Assembly: GCA_963849325.1 (NCBI GenBank)
Contig: CAWKHF010000005.1
Location: 992,001 to 1,056,000 of the forward strand
Length of the DNA stretch: 64,000 nucleotides
Source of the DNA: an uncultured Planctomycetota bacterium
GTDB lineage: Bacteria; Planctomycetota; Planctomycetia; Gemmatales; Gemmataceae
Reading direction: 5' to 3'
The notes under the pieces were generated by a model. That model was not told the DNA's origin. It saw nothing but the letters and a program-made list of their open reading frames with translations, and did not search any database. A program made the position numbers and the translations under genes. Positions 30,053 to 43,143 of this stretch are shown one piece after another; position 1 is the stretch's first letter, and every line of letters starts with the position of its first letter.

Positions 30053-31911
30053 TCAGAACTGTCCGCGTAGCTCAACGCCCTTGGTATTCGGGACGACCGT
30101 CAAGCCGTTTGGCGGATTGATTTGGTCGAACCCCGTCCCAGCCTGTTGCCCCCATTGAATCATCAAATCATCAATTGCCGTACCCGGCGGCGGGGTATAA
30201 CCATTGCCATAGGTAACTGTCACAATCCCCCCGTTCAGCGTCGCCGTCCCGGTGATGTTTAAGGAACTGAAAGTGGTATTGCCGTAAATCGACTCGGTGA
30301 TGCTGCTATTCGACTCGGACTGAAAGTCACCCTGAACTTGGATGGCATTAACGACAGCAAGTAGGCCATAATTGTCCAACGACCCAGCCACAATAATGGA
30401 GTTGGCCCCCTGTCCATCCGTGACAGTGACGTAATTCGTTAGGTCGAGGTTCATTGTCACTTGCGTGCCAAGGGAATTGATTGTTCCCTCGTTAAAGAGA
30501 GAGGTGCGGGCACAACATTGTTATATGCGATGTCACACGGACCTTGGCCCCAGAGTATAGAGCCTACGTTGGTGATGATTACTCCGCCGCCCAGGGTCAA
30601 ATCCCCTGTGAAAAACTGAATAGTTCCATCATTGTATATTTGACCACCGTTTACCATGTTGACCGTTTGAATTCCGCCTTCAACATCCACATTGCCGCCG
30701 GAGGCGATATTAAGGGCTCCGGAGGAGTTAAAGTTTCCCTTCCAAATAAAAACACTTCCCGGCCCAATATCCAAGTTGCCCGTACCGACGAAGCTTTGCG
30801 TTGTGTTTTCCGTGAGGTTAGGGATCTGGATTACATTATCGCCATTATCACCGCTGAGTTGAACATTCCCACCACCAGATAAGCCAAGATAACCGTTTCC
30901 AGAAAAAACAGCGCCGTTCCATTGATTAGTTATAGTTGGCCCCAAAGAAATATAAAAATCGCCGGCAATGTTGACGTTTGTATTTTGACCGTCTCCCGTT
31001 ATGATGGCACCAGCTTGGGCTTGCAGGTTACCAGCAATAGTCACCGTGCCAAAGTTATCGACCAACGGTGTATTGATGATGACTGTACTGCCAGGGAAAG
31101 AAACATTATCGACCATTGACGATGCACTATCGGTAATCTGAAAGCTGGAACTGGGCGACTGGCTACCGTCGATCGTCGCTTTGGTCGTAATCCCCGCGTC
31201 AAAAGTGAATATTCCTCCTTCGCTATTCCTGATAGTGGCACCGTTACGGAGACTGAGTGTATTTTCAGCTTCATAAGAGATATTGCCGTTATTCTGGATG
31301 TCTCGACCATCGAGTATTAAAGTTTGCGAAGCATTGGCCGGAATGAGCAAGATGCCGGCATTATCGACACCAAGGATCGCCCCGCTGGCATCGCCCGACA
31401 TTTTTCCGCTGACCCATTTTAATGTGTCTCCCTGCACAGTCAGGTTGCCACTTCCCGACACCCCTCCGTCCGGATCTGCCTCTATATCGCCTCCCTTATC
31501 CAATGTCAAATCTCCATCGAGATCTAAAGTTCCCATGTAACCAGGGTCCATCTGCAGGAAGGCAATTTCAACGCCGGCTATCCCCATCGAAGGGATGTGG
31601 CAAGAATCATTAGTTGACTGTGGATCAAAGACGACTGAATCGTTGGCTCCCGGCAACACCGTCGGCGTTTGGTTGTTTACTGACCAACTCCAATTTCCTA
31701 GAGTAGTCCAGAGACCGTCACCCTTTGCATCCGTCCAAGTGTACAATGCAAGACACCAACGCTCCTCAAGAGCTTCCAATTGCAAAATCGCTCGCTTCCA
31801 CTTGCGCGACGCCATCGCCGTCCGCGTCTTGTACTGATGCCCGTAGTGGCGAATCTTGCCGCCAGCGAGGCGAAGGAGTCCACGGATGCTCGCTAATGGA
31901 TTTGGAAACAT
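30053..31911 (-). CDS. Low-GC extracellular beta-helix/autotransporter-passenger-like protein with LEPRxLL-type motif (frameshift near 30500)
   Basis: LQLEALEERWCLA, WT...GDGLW...NW...PGANDSVVF, G/N/T/I-rich repeats; ORF 30053-30460 continues the same protein. Confidence 0.75.
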
Positions 31912-32118
31912 GTTCATCTCCCTTCGCAACCTGATTGGGAGCTACGTCCGCTCGTCGAACAACACGGCCGGCAACTTCGCCCGCTCCCCGCCTGTCCTCT
32001 GCTCTTCTTGGTGAAGGAAGCGTTATCTTGTTCAGGGGAATCGGCAGAAGTCAACTCTTCTCTTCCTTTTTCTGAAGTCCCTGGGCTTGGCCACAGTTTC
32101 AGGGCAGAGGAGACTGGA

Positions 32119-33898
32119 TCAGGGCTTTCGCCGCTCGGGCGGATGATCGAGCAGATACTGCCGTAGTTCGACGAGGCGATCCGTGTTAATCAGGTCCACC
32201 TCGGCTGCGAGCAATTCTTTCCACACCGCCGGCTCTTCCGGCGTGGCCCAGAAGCGGACCAGCCGGCCATGCCGGTGCGCCTTGGCGACGAACTCCTTGA
32301 GCTTGGCACGCTCCGCGTCCGGCATCGGCCCCTTGCCCTTCCAGCGGAAGACCGAACCCCAGCTGGCACTGATCCACGGCAGCAAATGCGCCGGTGCATC
32401 CGAATCGAGGTCGGCGGGCCGGCCGTCGATGCCGGCGTAACGCACCTTCTGGCCAGCGATCGTCTCCCGGTCGCGGTTGCCGCTGATGACCACGGTGATG
32501 GCGCCCGGCTCAAACTTGCTGTTGCGTGTCGCCGACAGCATGTCGCCATAGCGAGCCAGTTGCTTGTCCACCGCGGCGTAGGTCGGCCGCGCTTCCGTCT
32601 TGACGTTGATGAGCAGATAGAAGCGAGGGCCATCGCGGTAGACGCGGCCGCCGTTGGCCTGAATGCGTTCCTTCAAGGGATCCAGGTAGAGCTTCGCCAA
32701 CGTCCGCTCCGGGCGGAGGTCGCGGCGCTCGTGCCCGACCAGCAATTCGTCGCCGACCAGGAAGACGTTGGCCTCGACGCTGCAAAAACCTTGCTCCAGC
32801 GCGTCCAGCAACGGCCGCTTGTGCGCGTAATCGTTGTGCGCGTGCGCCTGCCGCAAGGGTGCGACGCGCGCCGCGTCCGGTTTGTCCTCCGCCGCCGGCA
32901 GCGCCAGCGCCAGGGCTGTCGTCGCCCAGCTGCTGGCGGCCAGCGAGATGAACTGGTCCTTGCCGTGCGGAAAGCCGCTCTCGAAGTAGGTCTGGAACGG
33001 CTTGCTGCGCGAACGGACGTACCAGGTGCCGTCCTCCCGTTGCGCCGCCAACAAGTGCCGAATGCCCCGCCGGTAGAACGCCTCGGTCGGCGCTCGTCCG
33101 GCCGCCTGGTGCAGCGCGACCAGGGCGGTGCCCGTGGCGTAGGCGTCCGATCCCATCGTGTCCCGCTGCGCCCAGCCGCCGTCCGCACGCTGCTCCTCGA
33201 TCAATTCCTGTGCCGCGGCCTGTACCCACTCGAGGCCGGCACCCGTCTGCTGCGAGCGCCCACAGACGGAAGACACGATCCTCGGTATCGCGGGCCGGCG
33301 TCTTCGTCAGCCAGGCGCGGACGGCGGCGATGCGCGTGTCGATCCGCTTTTTCTGCTCGGCCGTGCCGAATGTTTGCAGGCCGCGCACGGCCAGGTAATT
33401 GGCGGTGAACACGCTGGCTTCCGAGGGCGGCCGGTTGGAGGTGCCGCTGCGCCAGTGATCGAGGTCGTCGTTGCGCCGCAGCAGATACTCGGCGACCGCC
33501 TCGGTGGTGCGATCCGGCTGCCAGCCACCCAACTCCAGGGTCCACAGGGCATAGCCGGCCGTGTCCACCTGCCCACCCTGGCCGCGGCCTTGCAAGTAGT
33601 TGGCCCGGTTCTTGCCGAGGAAGTCGGCGATGAAACGCAGGTGCTTCCGCACCTCCTCTTCGTCAACGGCGAACCCGCGCGATCGGGCGGTGGTCATGGC
33701 GAGGACGGGGATGGCCTGGTGATGGCAGGCGAAGCAAGTTCTCTGCGTCCTGTGGCCGGCGCTACCCTTCTGGATCAGCGGCAGCGCCCTGGCGATGGCA
33801 TCGCGGACCTCTGTCGCCGTTGGTCCCGATTCCGCGGCGAACGCCGAGTGGGACAGGCCGATCAGGAGAACGGCCCCAATCCTCGCGTATCTCGTCAT
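32119..33898 (-). CDS. Secreted prenyltransferase/squalene-cyclase-repeat protein fused to a PI-PLC/GDPD-like (HAHNDY) domain, frameshift near 33250
   Basis: CFACHH, QRADGGW, QREDGTW, PFQTYFESGFPHGKDQFIS; then AHAHNDY...VRFWATP...LINTD. Confidence 0.8.
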
Positions 33899-34133
33899 GG
33901 CAGGCCCTGCGGGTTCCGTCTAGGTTGCGATTTCCGCCGTGGCCTTCCGACCGCGAGCCGGGGTTGGCCAAGCAGGGACGCACGTGCGACCCCAGGGTAT
34001 CATCCCGCGCCGGTGGATCGACCGCAAGCGTTCGGTTACTCGGTTGCCATCGAGGGTTGCGTGCGCCGCTTGGGGGCGTGGGGAATTGGTTTCGTTGCCC
34101 AGCCCTTCGGCACTGGGAAGAAGGACGGGAACG

Positions 34134-35227
34134 TCAGTCCGTTGAGGAGGGCAGAGGTCCGAAGGCGACAACCGCCGTGTTGTTGGCGCGGACCTGGACC
34201 TGTTTCGTCTGCTCGACCGCGCGTCCGTCTTGCAGCCAGCGCCTTGACCTGGTAGGTATAGGTCTTGCCCACGATCAGCTCCGGGGAAGCGAAATCGCGT
34301 TCGGCGCCCGTCGGCGTCGTGAGCTGGCCGTTGACCCACAGCTCGGCATCCGCGGGCAGGCGGACGTGGACGCGCGCCTTGTTGTCGGCGGTGGCGCCAT
34401 CGTGCGGTAGAGGACTTGGCTGACGTCAGCGGCAGGCGCCGCCGCGCGGGGTTCCGGGCGTAGTAGTCCACGTAGCGCGAGCGCGGTCCCGAGACGACGG
34501 CAGCGGTCCCCGAGGACCGCGCCGATCCACCCGTGCGCGCGTAGTAGTCCACGTAACGCAAGTTCAAGCTGAGGCTATCGGGAACGGGAGGCGGAGCGCC
34601 GTTGGATTTGGCGGGCGTGCCGCCGGTCCCACCCGACGCGGGAGGGGAGCCGGCGGGAACAGCGGGAGAGAGGATGCAACAGCCGCAACCGGAGGAGAAG
34701 CCGCCATAGCCCATACCCCCATAACCCATACCACCGTAGCCCATACCGCCATAACCCATACCGCCGTAGCCCATCCCACCGTAGCCCATGCCGCCGTAAC
34801 CCATACCCCCATAACCCATGCCGCCGTAACCGAGGCCACCCAGGCCATAACCACCCCGGCCGAAGCCGCCATAGCCCAACCCGCCGTAACCCAGACCACC
34901 CAGTCCATAACCGCCCAGGCCAAAGCCGCCGTAGCCCAGTCCACCATAACCGAGACCACCCAGACCATATCCACCCAGGCCGAAACCGCCGTAGCCCAAT
35001 CCGCCATAACCGAAGCCGCCGTAACCAAACCCCCTGTAGCCGTAGCCACCGTACCCGAAGCCGTGAAAGCCGCCGCCGTAACCATGGCCACCACCATAGC
35101 CGTAGCCGTGGTGCCCTCCGTAACCGCCTCCGTGACCGCCGCCGTGGCCGCCGCCGCCGTGGCCCAAGGCCGGCAACGCCGACGTCAGAATGGCCGCCAG
35201 AGAGAGCGCGACATGGGACCGTGACAT
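34134..35227 (-). CDS. Secreted Gly/Tyr-rich protein with C-terminal TIGR03000 domain (frameshifted)
   Basis: Signal peptide, GYGG repeats; ARVHVRLPADAELWVNGQ...SPEL..GKTYTYQVKA in a shifted frame. Confidence 0.85.
34700..35160 (-). repeat. Coding 15-nt tandem repeat (GYGG[M/L/F])
   Basis: Recurrent CCRTARCC units on the + strand. Confidence 0.9.
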
Positions 35228-35460
35228 GGATTTCCTCCCGAACAGCGATCGGAGCGGAGGCATTCGGAAGTGACCGGGAAGACGGACCTCGCTTCCCTGC
35301 GGAGCATGACCCGGAACACGGCCGAGGACCATTTGCCCCAGAAACCCGTCTCTCTATATCTACAACGAGCATCATTGACACAATCGGCAAATTTTCCCTT
35401 GTCGCCGTGGATTTCGCCATCGGCAGCCCTCTTCTTCGTCATAAAAGGCACGAACCGAAT

Positions 35461-35518
35461 GTGGCGGCACGTTTGTAACGTGCCGTACAATCCAACACGT
35501 TGAAAACGTGTTGCCACA
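35461..35518. repeat. REP-like double palindrome (GGCACGTT..AACGTGCC type)
   Basis: GGCACGTTTGTAACGTGCC and CAACACGTTGAAAACGTGTTG. Confidence 0.7.
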
Positions 35519-35698
35519 TTTTGGTAGAGCCTCTAAACCGTCAAAGATGTCTCCCGGCTCGCCTCCACGTCTATCTTGACCGGCCATGCGCTTTTCCCTA
35601 CAGGGAGTCCCGGCTGCCTACGCCACCGGCGGGTAGGACGCCCGCGCTCCGGAGCAGGACGATACCCTTTCGTTCCCTTCGCGTTGAGGAAAGTCGTG

Positions 35699-38422
35699 AT
35701 GCGTGACGAGACCCGGCGGCGCGTCGGGAGGCTGGCCTCTTCGCTTTTCATGGTCCTCGTCGCCGGTATGGCGATGACGAGTGTGTTCTTGCTGAGCTAC
35801 TCGTATCTCTCCTGGTCCGGGGCGTTCAACTCGGACAACCTGCTTTGCAGCGCCCTCTGCGACGACCTGCGGCACGGGCGCGACGTGAGAGAGTGGCACC
35901 TGCCGGGGGCACCTTACCTCTTTCCAGACGTGCTGCTGCTGACGTTCTGCCAGGCACTGACGCCGCACGTCGTCGCCGAGTTTGTGGCCTATTGTTTCGT
36001 CCTGCATCTCTCGCTGTTCGGCGTCCTCGCCTGGCTGGGGCAGTTGACCGGCCTCGTGCGCGGCGCAGCGCTGACGGCGGCCGGCTGCGGCGCGATCCTG
36101 CTCGCCACGATCCATCTCGACCCTTACGCCCTCGGCCGGGCCTGCCTCCTCGTTCACCCCGGCGGCCATGTCGGCGCCATCCTGATCGGGCTGTTGCTGT
36201 TGGCGCTGACCGTCCGCTCGCTGCGGCAGGGCTTATCTCGAACCGTTGTCGCCGTGCTCGTCCTGGCCGGTGGGCTGGGGGCATTCTCGGATCGGTTGCT
36301 GCTGTCGCAATTGCTGGCGCCGCTGGCCCTGGCCCTGATCGTGTTGGCGGCGCGGCGCGTGGTCGGCGTCCGACAGGCGGCCGCCCGGCTCGGGCTGCTG
36401 GCGGCCGTGGTCCTGCTCGCGTTCGGACTCCGTTTCACGCTTCGGCGATTGGGCTTTCACCTCCTGACGGTGGAAAACGAGTTCGCGCGGCCGACGCTGT
36501 CCGACCTGCCGTTGTTGCTGCGCAGCCTGTATCCGTTCGTGGAGCATGAATATGTGCTCGCCGCGCTCGTTCCGCTGCATCTGCTCGTCGGCGTGACGGT
36601 GCTGTGGGCCTGGTTTCGGCGATCCCCGGACCCGGATCGCATCGGAGTGCTGCTGGCGACGCTGACGGTCGTTCTGTCGCCCCTGTGTACCCTGGGTGCG
36701 GTGTGGATCATGGGCGTGGCCCGACATCCGGCGATGGGCCGTTACGTCCTGTCGTGCTGGTTCCTTCCTTGTCTGCTTCTGCCCCTGCTGATGGCCTGGC
36801 TGCCCCGAGGTGTCGCGCGGATGGGTGGTGCGCTGCTGCAGCTCGGCGTGGTGTTGTTCGCCGTGCGGCAGGCGGCCGTGCTGGCCCCGCACATCGACAG
36901 GGACAAGTTCAAGCGGCCGTATCCGCCGCTGGCGCAGGCGCTGGACCGGCTGGCACGCGAGCGCGGCCCTTTGCGCGGCCTGGCGGGTTACTGGCTGGCG
37001 CGATCCACGAACTGGTGTACCCGCGAGGATGTGGTTATCAATCCGCTGCTGCTGGGTGAGCCGTGGTTTCATGCCTGCAACCCCGCTCGCTTCGTACCCG
37101 ACGGCGCCGACGATGTTCGCGCCGCGGATTATCAGTTCCTCATCGTTCGGCCGGGCGATCCAAACAGTCCGGTGCCGGCCGTCCTCGCCCTGCAGTTTGG
37201 GACGCCAGCCAAGAAGATCGTGGTCGGGCCGGAGGAGATTCTGGCTGTACGACTCGCTGCGGACGTCGCCGTTCGATCGCTTCTTGCGCAGCCGCTTCGC
37301 CAAGCCACTGCGCGGCCGACGCCCCTACGTCGGACCCGTGGAGCCGGCCTGTCTGTCCCGGCCCAAGGCGAACCTATCTCCGGTCAGCGCACGTGGCAAC
37401 GTCGTGCTTGAAGCCGATCGGCCATTGGAGGTGCGCTTCGCCGGGCCGATCGCCGGCCGTCTCCTCGACGTCGGCGCCAGCTACGATGCCTGGCTGGATC
37501 TAGATTTCTACCAGGGCGACGAACGGCTGGCGGGCGTTCTCGTTCCCTCGGTGCCGTGGACCGGCGCCTGCTACGACCATCCCGGCATCCAGTCGCGTCT
37601 GCTGCCCCTGCCGGCCGTGCTGCGCGAGCGGACGTGGGACCGCGTCGTCGTCCGTCTCCGCCAGGGGAGCGACAAGACTCGGTTGGCGCACCTGCTCGTC
37701 TTCGCCGAGGGGGTGCCGGGCCTGGAAGAGACGAAGCCGGCCCCGTCGCCGGCGCGTGTGCGGTTGGAGGGAGAATCGATGCTGCCCCTCGTTGCGGGTA
37801 CGTCCCTGGCCGACGAGGCGGACGCGACGGCCAGCGGCGGCCTCGTTCGCCGCGGCCGGCCGGCTTCGCCGGCCCGTTCGCCTTCACGCCTGACCTGACC
37901 TTGCCGCCCGGCCGTTATCGTCTCCGCTGGGCCGTGCGGGTCGGCGACAACACGCGGGCCGATGAGGTGGTCCGATTGCGTGCCTGGTCCTATCTTCCGG
38001 CGGCGACGCTGGCCGAGCAGCCTTTGCACGGCACGGATTTCTCTCCGGGCAAGACCTTTCTTGTCCACGAAATGACGTTGGACATCGCCGAGGGGACGGA
38101 GAAAGTCGTGTTCGGCGCGGTCGCCTCCGGGAAAACGCCGGTCGCCGTGGATTATCTCGAATTAACCACGGATGACAGACAAGCCGAGCCGCGAGCGTCA
38201 GCGAGCGAACTGCTCCGCTCGCTGACGCTCGCGGCTCGGCTTGTCTGTTATCCGTGTAATCCGTGGTTCATTCTTTCGAGCGAAACGCGCCAGCGTCGCG
38301 TCACCACCTCGCCCGGCCGGCCACCGGGGCGGACCTCGACGACCTCGTCGCCCGCTTCGGCGCCGAAGCCGTTGACCAGCGCCTGCGTCGGCGATTCCTC
38401 GCGGGGCAATTCATCGCGATAG
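35699..38422 (+). CDS. Large polytopic membrane protein (GT-C-like) with extracytoplasmic beta domains; frameshifts near 37240 and 37855; 3' end reads through a palindrome
   Basis: FNSD, APYLFPD, many TM helices, AGYW; C-terminal LPPGRYRLRW...VDYLEL. Confidence 0.65.
38164..38268. repeat. Nested palindrome: perfect 33-bp hairpin within CACGGAT-type arms
   Basis: 38175-38207 is the reverse complement of 38216-38248; outer AACCACGGAT/ATCCGTGGTT. Confidence 0.9.
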
Positions 38423-38586
38423 ACGATGAAGACGCCGTCGCGTCCGCCGGCGGCGTCGCCGAGTACGTCGGCCAGGTCCGTCCGCTGTCCGCTGTCCCAG
38501 TCCAGGCCGGGAAAGAGATCCTGCAAGAAGGCGGCGAAGCGGTCGCCGACAAAAGGGCGCGGCGGCATCAGGTAGAAAATCGACAT
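38248..38586 (-). CDS. Hypothetical protein
   Basis: MSIFYLMPPR...FGAEAGDEVVEV; stop lies within the palindrome. Confidence 0.7.
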   Translation of the reverse strand: MSIFYLMPPRPFVGDRFAAFLQDLFPGLDWDSGQRTDLADVLGDAAGGRDGVFIVYRDELPREESPTQALVNGFGAEAGDEVVEVRPGGRPGEVVTRRWRVSLERMNHGLHG

Positions 38587-38807
38587 GGTGAGCATCCCTG
38601 CAACCGAGAGTCCGGGATCTTCCTTCGGTTCTCCGGAAATCCCCGCTTGCCCCGACCGTGGCCTCCGCGACGCGAAACCGCCGGTGGAGTGCTGCGCGGA
38701 CGGCACAACCGGCAGAGGAGGAGCGTCGGCGGCTTCTGCTCTTGTTCAGGGCACGGCGGATCGTTATAGGGTTATCCGAAGTCGCACCGGGACGGAAATC
38801 GTCATCC

Positions 38808-38836
38808 TTGACGGGTTTTGGCGGGTGGGTTATCGT
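38808..38836 (+). promoter_or_regulatory. Possible sigma-70 promoter for dksA-lspA
   Basis: TTGACG-N17-TATCGT. Confidence 0.45.
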
Positions 38837-38888
38837 AAAACATGCTGCCTGCGGGACAGTGTCGTCAGGCCCACACCTTGAGGAAACG

Positions 38889-39263
38889 ATGACCAAGGCC
38901 GATCTGGAGACCTATCGCGAAACGCTGTTGGCCCTGCGTAATCGCCTGACCGGCGACGTATCGCACCTCGCCGACGAAGCGCTGCGGCGCGCGGCGGCGA
39001 AGCCAGCGGCAGCCTGTCCAACGCGCCCTTGCACATGGCCGACCTCGGCACCGACAACTTCGAGCAAGAGTTCACCCTCAGCCTGCTGCAAAACCAGGAG
39101 CAGGCGCTGGGCGAGATCACCGAGGCGCTGGAGCGCATTCGCCGCGGCACGTTCGGCTGCTGCGAGGAGTGCCAGGAAGCCATCTCCAAGGCCCGCCTGC
39201 AGCGCCTTGCCTTATACCCGTCACTGCGTCGCGTGTGCACGGAAGCTCCAACAAAGTTCCTGA
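38889..39263 (+). CDS. dksA: TraR/DksA C4 zinc-finger protein (frameshifted)
   Basis: HMADLGTD, ALERI..GTFGCCEEC...RL..LPYTRHCVACA. Confidence 0.85.
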   Translation: MTKADLETYRETLLALRNRLTGDVSHLADEALRRAAAKPAAACPTRPCTWPTSAPTTSSKSSPSACCKTRSRRWARSPRRWSAFAAARSAAARSARKPSPRPACSALPYTRHCVACARKLQQSS

Positions 39264-39271
39264 AGAGACCC

Positions 39272-39943
39272 ATGCCAGAACGATCTTATCGCGTGCTGTT
39301 GTGGGCCTTGGCCCTCGTCGGCCTGGCCCTGGATCAATCCAGCAAGTACGGCGTCTTCGCCTGGTTGGCCGAGAAGCCCGAACACGAATACGTCCTGTTC
39401 CGCACGGACAACGGCGGCTTCCAGCTCGTCGCCCAGTTCGAGCGCGACAGCCTCGGCGTGGAGGCTCTCGATGCCGCCGGCCAACGAGTCCCGCACGTCA
39501 ACCAGGGCGCGTTGTTCGGTTTCCTGCGCGATCACAAGGCGCTGGCCAACGGCGGTTTCGCGCTGATTAGCCTGCTGGCGGCGGCGGCCATCGTCTACTG
39601 GAGCACGCATCGCACCACGGCCCGCGATCGCTGGTTGTGCTCCGCGCTGGGCCTGATCCTGGCCGGCACGCTCGGCAACTTCTACGACCGCGTCGTCTTC
39701 AACGGCGTCCGCGATTTCTTGCACTGGAACTACCTGTTCGATTGGCCGGTCTTCAACGTCGCCGACTGCTGCCTGGTGTGCGGCGCCTTCCTGCTACTGA
39801 TCCAGGCGTTCGCCACCCAGCCGGCGAAGGACGAACCAATCTCCAGATCTATCACCACGGAAAACACGGAAAGCACGGAAAAAGACAAAGACCGTAAAGG
39901 TGGATTCATGGCCAGCATGGTTCGAGACGGTTCTCGTCCATGA
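39272..39943 (+). CDS. lspA: Lipoprotein signal peptidase (C-terminus runs into a repeat element)
   Basis: DQSSK, NQGALFG, GTLGNFYDR, VRDF, WPVFNVAD. Confidence 0.93.
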   Translation: MPERSYRVLLWALALVGLALDQSSKYGVFAWLAEKPEHEYVLFRTDNGGFQLVAQFERDSLGVEALDAAGQRVPHVNQGALFGFLRDHKALANGGFALISLLAAAAIVYWSTHRTTARDRWLCSALGLILAGTLGNFYDRVVFNGVRDFLHWNYLFDWPVFNVADCCLVCGAFLLLIQAFATQPAKDEPISRSITTENTESTEKDKDRKGGFMASMVRDGSRP

Positions 39944-40000
39944 CCCTTCTCGCTCTTGCGTTTTGTCTTTTTTCCGTTCTTTCCGTGTTTTCCGTGGTGA
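39852..40000. repeat. 9-mer-arm MITE-like element (TCACCACGGAAAACACGG...)
   Basis: Same terminal repeats as 22466-22633; unrelated spacer. Confidence 0.9.
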
Positions 40001-40021
40001 AAGGTCTCCCAGGAGAGCAAC

Positions 40022-41851
<1,830 letters not shown>

Positions 41852-41857
41852 AGACAT

Positions 41858-42007
41858 TTCACCACAGAAAACACGGAAAACACGGAAAAAAGACAAAGAC
41901 CAATAACGAGAAGGGTTATGGGCCTCATCTACCACCAACCAGTCCCTTCTGTTACGTCTTTTTTGTCTTGGTCTTTTTTCCGTGTTTTCCGTGTTTTCCG
42001 TGGTGAA
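41858..42007. repeat. 9-mer-arm MITE-like element between convergent genes
   Basis: Same terminal repeats as 22466-22633. Confidence 0.9.
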
Positions 42008-42014
42008 TGGTTTT

Positions 42015-43143
42015 TCAATAGCCGATCTGCCGGCAGGTCTCGACCCAGACGCGCATCGCCGTCGCCATGCGGCCGAAGAACGCCTTCATTTCGCCGGCCA
42101 TCTTCTTGTGCGGCCATTCGGCCCGTTCGAGGTGATCGGCCAACTCCGCGTAGCAATCGCAGTAGGTGCTGCCGGTCAATTGCCAGCTCCGCAGCATGTC
42201 CGCCAGCGGATCGGTCAGCACCACGGACCAGAACTCCAGCTCCAGGTCGTGCAGCAGCTTGTGAGCGTTGCGGCGATGATCGCAGGCCGGAGCGCCGAAG
42301 GTGATGCGATCATTGAGGTGATCGATCAGCTTCTTGGCGAAGAAACCGGCCCAGATGTCGCCGTAGCGCTCGACCGGCAGACCGCTGATCGGTTCGCCGA
42401 CCGGCACGAAATAGAAGCCCGGCACGACGTCGCGGTGGAAGGCCGTGTTCTGCGTGTTGATCGGCGCCCAGGTTCCCGGGGCCAGCATGACGCGCTCCTT
42501 GCGCACCGAGACGCCGCGCGCCGGCACACTGAGGCGCGTCAGCGAATCCACGTCCGGGTCGTTCAACCACAGGCCGCCGTTGAGGACGACACGCCCAATG
42601 GTGGTCTCGTAAGTCTCTTTATTCGGCTGCCAGCGCTTGTTGTACGGGTAGCCGCGCGCGTAGACCGTGCAGTGCGGCTCGTACTCCATCAGCTGGCAGG
42701 GATTGAACCAGCCATTGGCGCAGGACACGGTGTCCAGCCGCTGCGTCTGCCGACGTGGGCGTGGCCGGCGTACCAGTCGTCGTCGCATGACGAAGTTGTC
42801 GTCATCGACGGCGACGAGGATGTCGGCCCCTTTCTCGACCGCCATCAGGTAGCCGATGTTGCGGCGATTGTCGGAGTTGTAGGGGATGAGCGGCTTCATG
42901 CGCGGGAAGCGTTCGAGGTACTGTTCCTGGGCCGGGAGATCGAGATACAGGCAGTCGAAACCCCGGCCGCGCAGGTCGGAGGCCAGCTTGGCGGACGGCG
43001 TCGTGCGGCGTCTTTTTGTCGCCGACGATGAGGGCGCTGGTGTGCTCCAGATGGCCGTGTTTCTCGAAGTTGGCGGCGTATTCTTCCAGCAACGTCGGCA
43101 CGTTGATGGTCGTGACGACCAGCGTCATGTGGGGAGTGGTCAT
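42015..43143 (-). CDS. STELLO/RGP (GT75-related) glycosyltransferase or NDP-sugar mutase-like protein (frameshifted)
   Basis: VVTTIN, VGDKKTP, RRNIGYL, VDDDNF, GLWLNDPDVD, NTQNTAF, RYGDIWAG. Confidence 0.75.

Noticed and set aside
34700-35160. Regular short repeats as a CRISPR or non-coding array
   Set aside because: They encode Gly-Tyr pentapeptides with synonymous third-position variation.
39029-39943. Apparent DksA-LspA fusion ORF
   Set aside because: Artefact of a frameshift near 39205. dksA ends at 39263 and lspA has its own ATG at 39272.
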